A stretch of DNA of 64,000 bases from Chlorokybus atmophyticus (lineage: Eukaryota; Plantae; Mesostigma and Chlorokybus algae). Positions 60,664 to 64,000 of the stretch are shown piece after piece (position 1 is the stretch's first letter; each line of letters starts with the position of its first letter). Location of the stretch: assembly GCA_009103225.1 (NCBI GenBank), contig RHPI01000810.1:682001-746000 (forward strand), read 5' to 3'. A model generated the notes under the pieces. The model made no database searches. It was not told the DNA's origin and worked only from the letters and a program-made list of their open reading frames with translations. The position numbers and the translations under genes are program-made.

Positions 60664-61995
60664 TCAGACTGTGAACGTCCTGAAGGAATCCATGATGTCC
60701 GCTAGCATCTGTTTTTCTTCAGCGTAAGCCTCAATGGGCACCTGCAACCTCAGCTCGTACAATCGATTGTTTGCGCAGCCGGCGATGTACAGATATCTCC
60801 TGTCCCACTCCATGTATGGCTGCCGCGCTTCCGGATTGACCGCCAGTTGATTGCTGTTCACAAACGACTTGGCGCTGATCTCATAAGTGTAATACTTCCG
60901 CCCATCCTGCTCAACAATAACTGGTTCAGCTGGGCAGAACTGTTTGACATGCCTTGTGCTTGCGTTTTGCCATTGTTACCTCTGAATCATATGCAGCAGT
61001 AGACAACAGCTCTGCTTCTCGTCTCACGCCGAGCCGCGTGGACATCAACTCCGTCAAGTACTGCTTGAGAGTGCGCTCGCCAGCTTCTTGCGGTGTGCCA
61101 AGATCTTCGACACCTGCAAACTTGGAACTGGAAGGAGAGCTAACCGATACAAAGAGATTCTCGTCCAGGTTGTCTGGATTCCGGAAAAACACATCTGAAC
61201 CACTGCCCCGCACCTGCTCATGCATTGCACAACGTTGTGTGTAAACTGCTAGAGGTATTGTGATCATAACGCGCAACACACGAGCAGTGGTCCACAGGAG
61301 CCCTTCATGCAGCTTGGAATGTGCAATGCACACTGCACAATTCTATTTCGGTGTGTCTGTGCACTTGCCTGTATCCAGTACTCTGGTAGCGTAAAGGTAT
61401 ACCCGTCCAGCCTGTCGATAAACCTTTTCAAACCTGCGGTATCATTGCATCAAAGTTGAGGCAATGTAACAAAGACGCTGCACTACAAACAGCATGGTGG
61501 CATCGTTACGACGACTGCAAGCACCAAGCATGCTCTGAGCTTGCGAAATTGAAGTGCTACATGGTAACCTGCTGCAGTTCAACTAAGCATGCGAACAACG
61601 CATGCACACAGCGATCATCAATGGTTGTCGAAGCCCTACTTTTCAGTGTTCGTCTTACAGCATGGCACCCTACAAGCTGTACCTGGCGGAGGTCTGGGAA
61701 AGGATGGACCGGCGGTGGCGGTGGTCGAAGCAGCGGCCGCGACGGAAGCCCCATGCATGAACGGCATTGCTCCCAGTATAGCCAGCGCGCTCCTCCTAGT
61801 CAACCCTTGGGCAGCATTAACCTCCGCCTCATCTTGCTGTGAGCCCTCTCGCCCGCTGCTGCCAACGGCGCTGCAGCAACACCGCACGGCCGCCGGACGG
61901 CTGGCCTTCGGCTGCGTCTGCTTCTTGGCCACGCTGCTAGGCGCCTGACGGGAGAAAAGCCCAACCACACCTAGGCCTACGGCTGCCACCGCCAT
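60664..61995 (-). CDS. PPD1: PsbP-domain protein 1, thylakoid-lumen, photosystem I assembly factor family
   Basis: Twin-Arg signal LTRRSALA...AAA, LKRFIDRLDGYTFTLPEYWIQ|VRGSGSDVFFRNPDNLDENLFVSVSSPSSSKF...QYLTELMSTRLGVRREA, DGRKYY and NQLAVNPEARQPYMEWDRRY...NRLYELRLQ...MDSFR. Confidence 0.93.
61214..61368 (-). other. GC-AG intron in PPD1
   Basis: CAG|GCAAGT...GAGCAG|GTG gives the conserved WIQ|VRG. Confidence 0.85.
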
Positions 61996-62324
61996 GCTTA
62001 TCGCCGCCGCAGCCGCCGCCCTGCACGCCGACAACACCCACCGCTATGTTTGCCCGCATCCCTAATGCAGGTTAACCGGCGAAACTTTTCAAGCCTTGAA
62101 CGGAGACAACTGTGGTTGCTACAGAACCCAAATATATGTGTAGATTCTACTGAATACAATAAACACCGCCGCACGTTGGGGTACAAACCTAGAAAGCTCG
62201 CAAGGTTGCCAGTTTGATAGAAACCAGGATCCTTGCTTCTATTCTGTGTGGTTCAGTGCATTAACGTGTGGCGTTCAGTGGCTTAACAAACAGGTGGGTG
62301 GCCGTGGTGGTGGGGACAGTGGCA

Positions 62325-64000
62325 ATGGTGGCAGCAACGGCGGCGATGGCCGTGGTGGCGGGGCCGTCGTCGGTAGCGAGATGCTGCTGGTTGGCGTTTC
62401 CAGCTAGCTACAGCTATTCGGCTCCCCTGCTGCCTGCACGGGCCAACTTGAGGAGGAGGAGAGAGGCGCATCTGGCTACTGGGAGCGGCAGGCCGCCGCT
62501 TGCTGCTGTCATCATGTCATCGCCAAGGGCCATACCAAACAGAAGTTCAAGGAGGAGGCTAGCTTGCTATGCTCTGGAAAATGCGCAGGTTGGTGAAGGC
62601 TTCGCAGCGCAATGCACGCAAGACATGCGCGTTTGAGTTCGATCACAATGTGCCGGCGTGGCTGTGTTTCAATCCGCCCTCATCGTCAAATTTTGTGATT
62701 GACGCTTGTTACAAGCATGCACGAGTTGTGTGTTTGAAAGAGAGCAAAAGCGGTGATGACGGTGGCCTCAATGCACGCAGACATACGTGTGATTGTTCCT
62801 TGCAGGATGCGGTTGCCGAGTCAGATATGAGGCCCAGCAGCAGATCGCAAGTTCGCTCACTGGAAGAGGTTGAAACCCTGACCAGCACACGGGCGGGCAG
62901 CGTTGAGGTGTACAAGGAGGACTACAAGCCTAAGGATGACCTGTTCAAAGCGGTCGGGATTGGCGCAGTGTTGGGCATGTCTCTGGGCATACTGCAACAC
63001 GAGTGGGTGGCGCAGCACGAGGCAAGCACAGCACAACCTTCTCACTGGTCTTACCAAGCGCGAGCTGCATGAGCAAAAACAGTTCTTTTGGTTGACATTC
63101 CACTCTGGCGCACCAGGCTTTTTCAATGCTGGCGGTGTTTGCCTTAGGTTATTCCGGGATTATCTTCGAGGAAGCTTTAACGTTCAACAAGGGCGGTGTT
63201 GGGCTGTTGATGGCGACGTTCTTGTGGGTGATCCACGCTATGGGGGTGAGACATGCTCATGTGAAGGATGACGCTCTGTATGTCTGTTGCTGACAGCCAA
63301 ACTGAAGTAGAGGCTTGCATGCAGGCAACAGGTGGGGTGGCTGGGGAAGAGCTCAAGGAGGCACTGGCAAGTGTCAGTGAAGTGGTGTTCTTTCTCTGGG
63401 GAGCCATGACGATTGTTGAAACTGTCGATGCGCATCAGGCAAGCCGTGATGATGGGTATGGCTCTACTATTTGCCTAACGCTATAGTCTTGTTGCTTCAA
63501 CGTCCGCAGCGGTGACCTGCAGGGGTTCAAGTTGATCACGGATGCAATCCGCACACGCTCTACAATACCGTTGTTCTGGGCTATCGGTGGCATCACTTTT
63601 TGCATGAGTGCTGTATTGGACAACCTCACCAGCACCATCGTGATGGTGTCGCTGCTACGTAAGTTGATACCTGATCCAGAGCTACGGTACGCCCTCAATG
63701 CACAGTCGTTACATGTTCTAAGTGTGGACAGGGATTTGGTGCAAAAAACAGTGCTGCACATAGTTCGGCATGCATCAGCCCTTGGGGTTGAAGCAAAAGC
63801 ATTCGCGTCGTGTACCTGAGCGTCAACACGCACATATGTAACGTTCCAGCTGGTGTGCATACAGGAAGTACTTTGGGGCCACTGTGGTTATCGCGGCCAA
63901 TGCGGGTGGTGCATGGACACCTATTGGGGACGTCACAACTACCATGTTGTGGATTAATGGCCAAATCTCTACGCTCCCAACCATGAGGGACTTGCTGCTC
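62325..64000 (+). CDS. NHD1: NhaD-type plastid Na+/H+ antiporter, partial (continues beyond right edge)
   Basis: Transit peptide, then GYSGIIFEEALTFNKGGVGLLMA, SEVVFFLWGAMTIVETVDAHQ|GFKLITDAI, MSAVLDNLTSTIVMVSLLRKL and VVIAANAGGAWTPIGDVTTTMLWINGQIST. Confidence 0.96.
63022..63116 (+). other. GC-AG intron in NHD1 (first of two)
   Basis: GAG|GCAAGC...CACCAG|GCT; read-through hits TGA, and the spliced product is QHE|AFSMLAVFALGYSGIIFEE. Confidence 0.75.
63439..63522 (+). other. GC-AG intron in NHD1 (second of two)
   Basis: CAG|GCAAGC...CTGCAG|GGG gives the conserved VDAHQ|GFKL. Confidence 0.85.

Noticed and set aside
1-64000. CRISPR arrays, rRNA, tRNA or prokaryotic operons
   Set aside because: No regularly spaced repeat-spacer array and no tRNA or rRNA signature was found by eye; all genes have spliceosomal introns. 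tRNAscan-SE and Infernal were not run.

Overview
Eukaryotic, intron-rich nuclear DNA from a green-lineage alga. A streptophyte alga is the best inference, from land-plant-like orthologues, TTTAGGG-type telo-boxes and compact genes; the species cannot be fixed from sequence alone. Manual exon assembly supports 14 multi-exon or partial protein genes: a BED-zinc-finger protein (runs off the left edge), TFIIIC subunit 5, a DUF2358/SnoaL-like protein, ferredoxin-dependent glutamate synthase, TRAPPC6/Trs33, an ANKZF1/Vms1-like protein apparently lacking ankyrin repeats, rhodanese STR10-like, an IDI-like Nudix hydrolase, a PWI-like+RRM protein, cycloartenol synthase, a DHHC S-acyltransferase (PAT10-like; core missed by the ORF track), a MATH/TRAF protein, ALIX/BRO1, PPD1, plus NhaD/NHD1 (runs off the right edge). 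No rRNA, tRNA, CRISPR array or recognisable intact transposase catalytic domain was seen. The features the gene models do not explain are: (1) dense clusters of long perfect inverted repeats in AT-rich intergenic blocks (about 7.27-7.58 kb, 42.3-42.5 kb, 57.9-58.1 kb), the first possibly in exon 2 of a spliced divergent non-coding transcript; (2) at least 7 GC-AG introns required by protein homology, among roughly 110-120 introns by my hand count; (3) a coding-like frame broken by a single TAA at 55.9-56.3 kb; (4) a diverged ~140-160 bp direct-repeat pair around a 620 bp GC-rich segment. All exon boundaries were read by eye and are unvalidated by transcripts.
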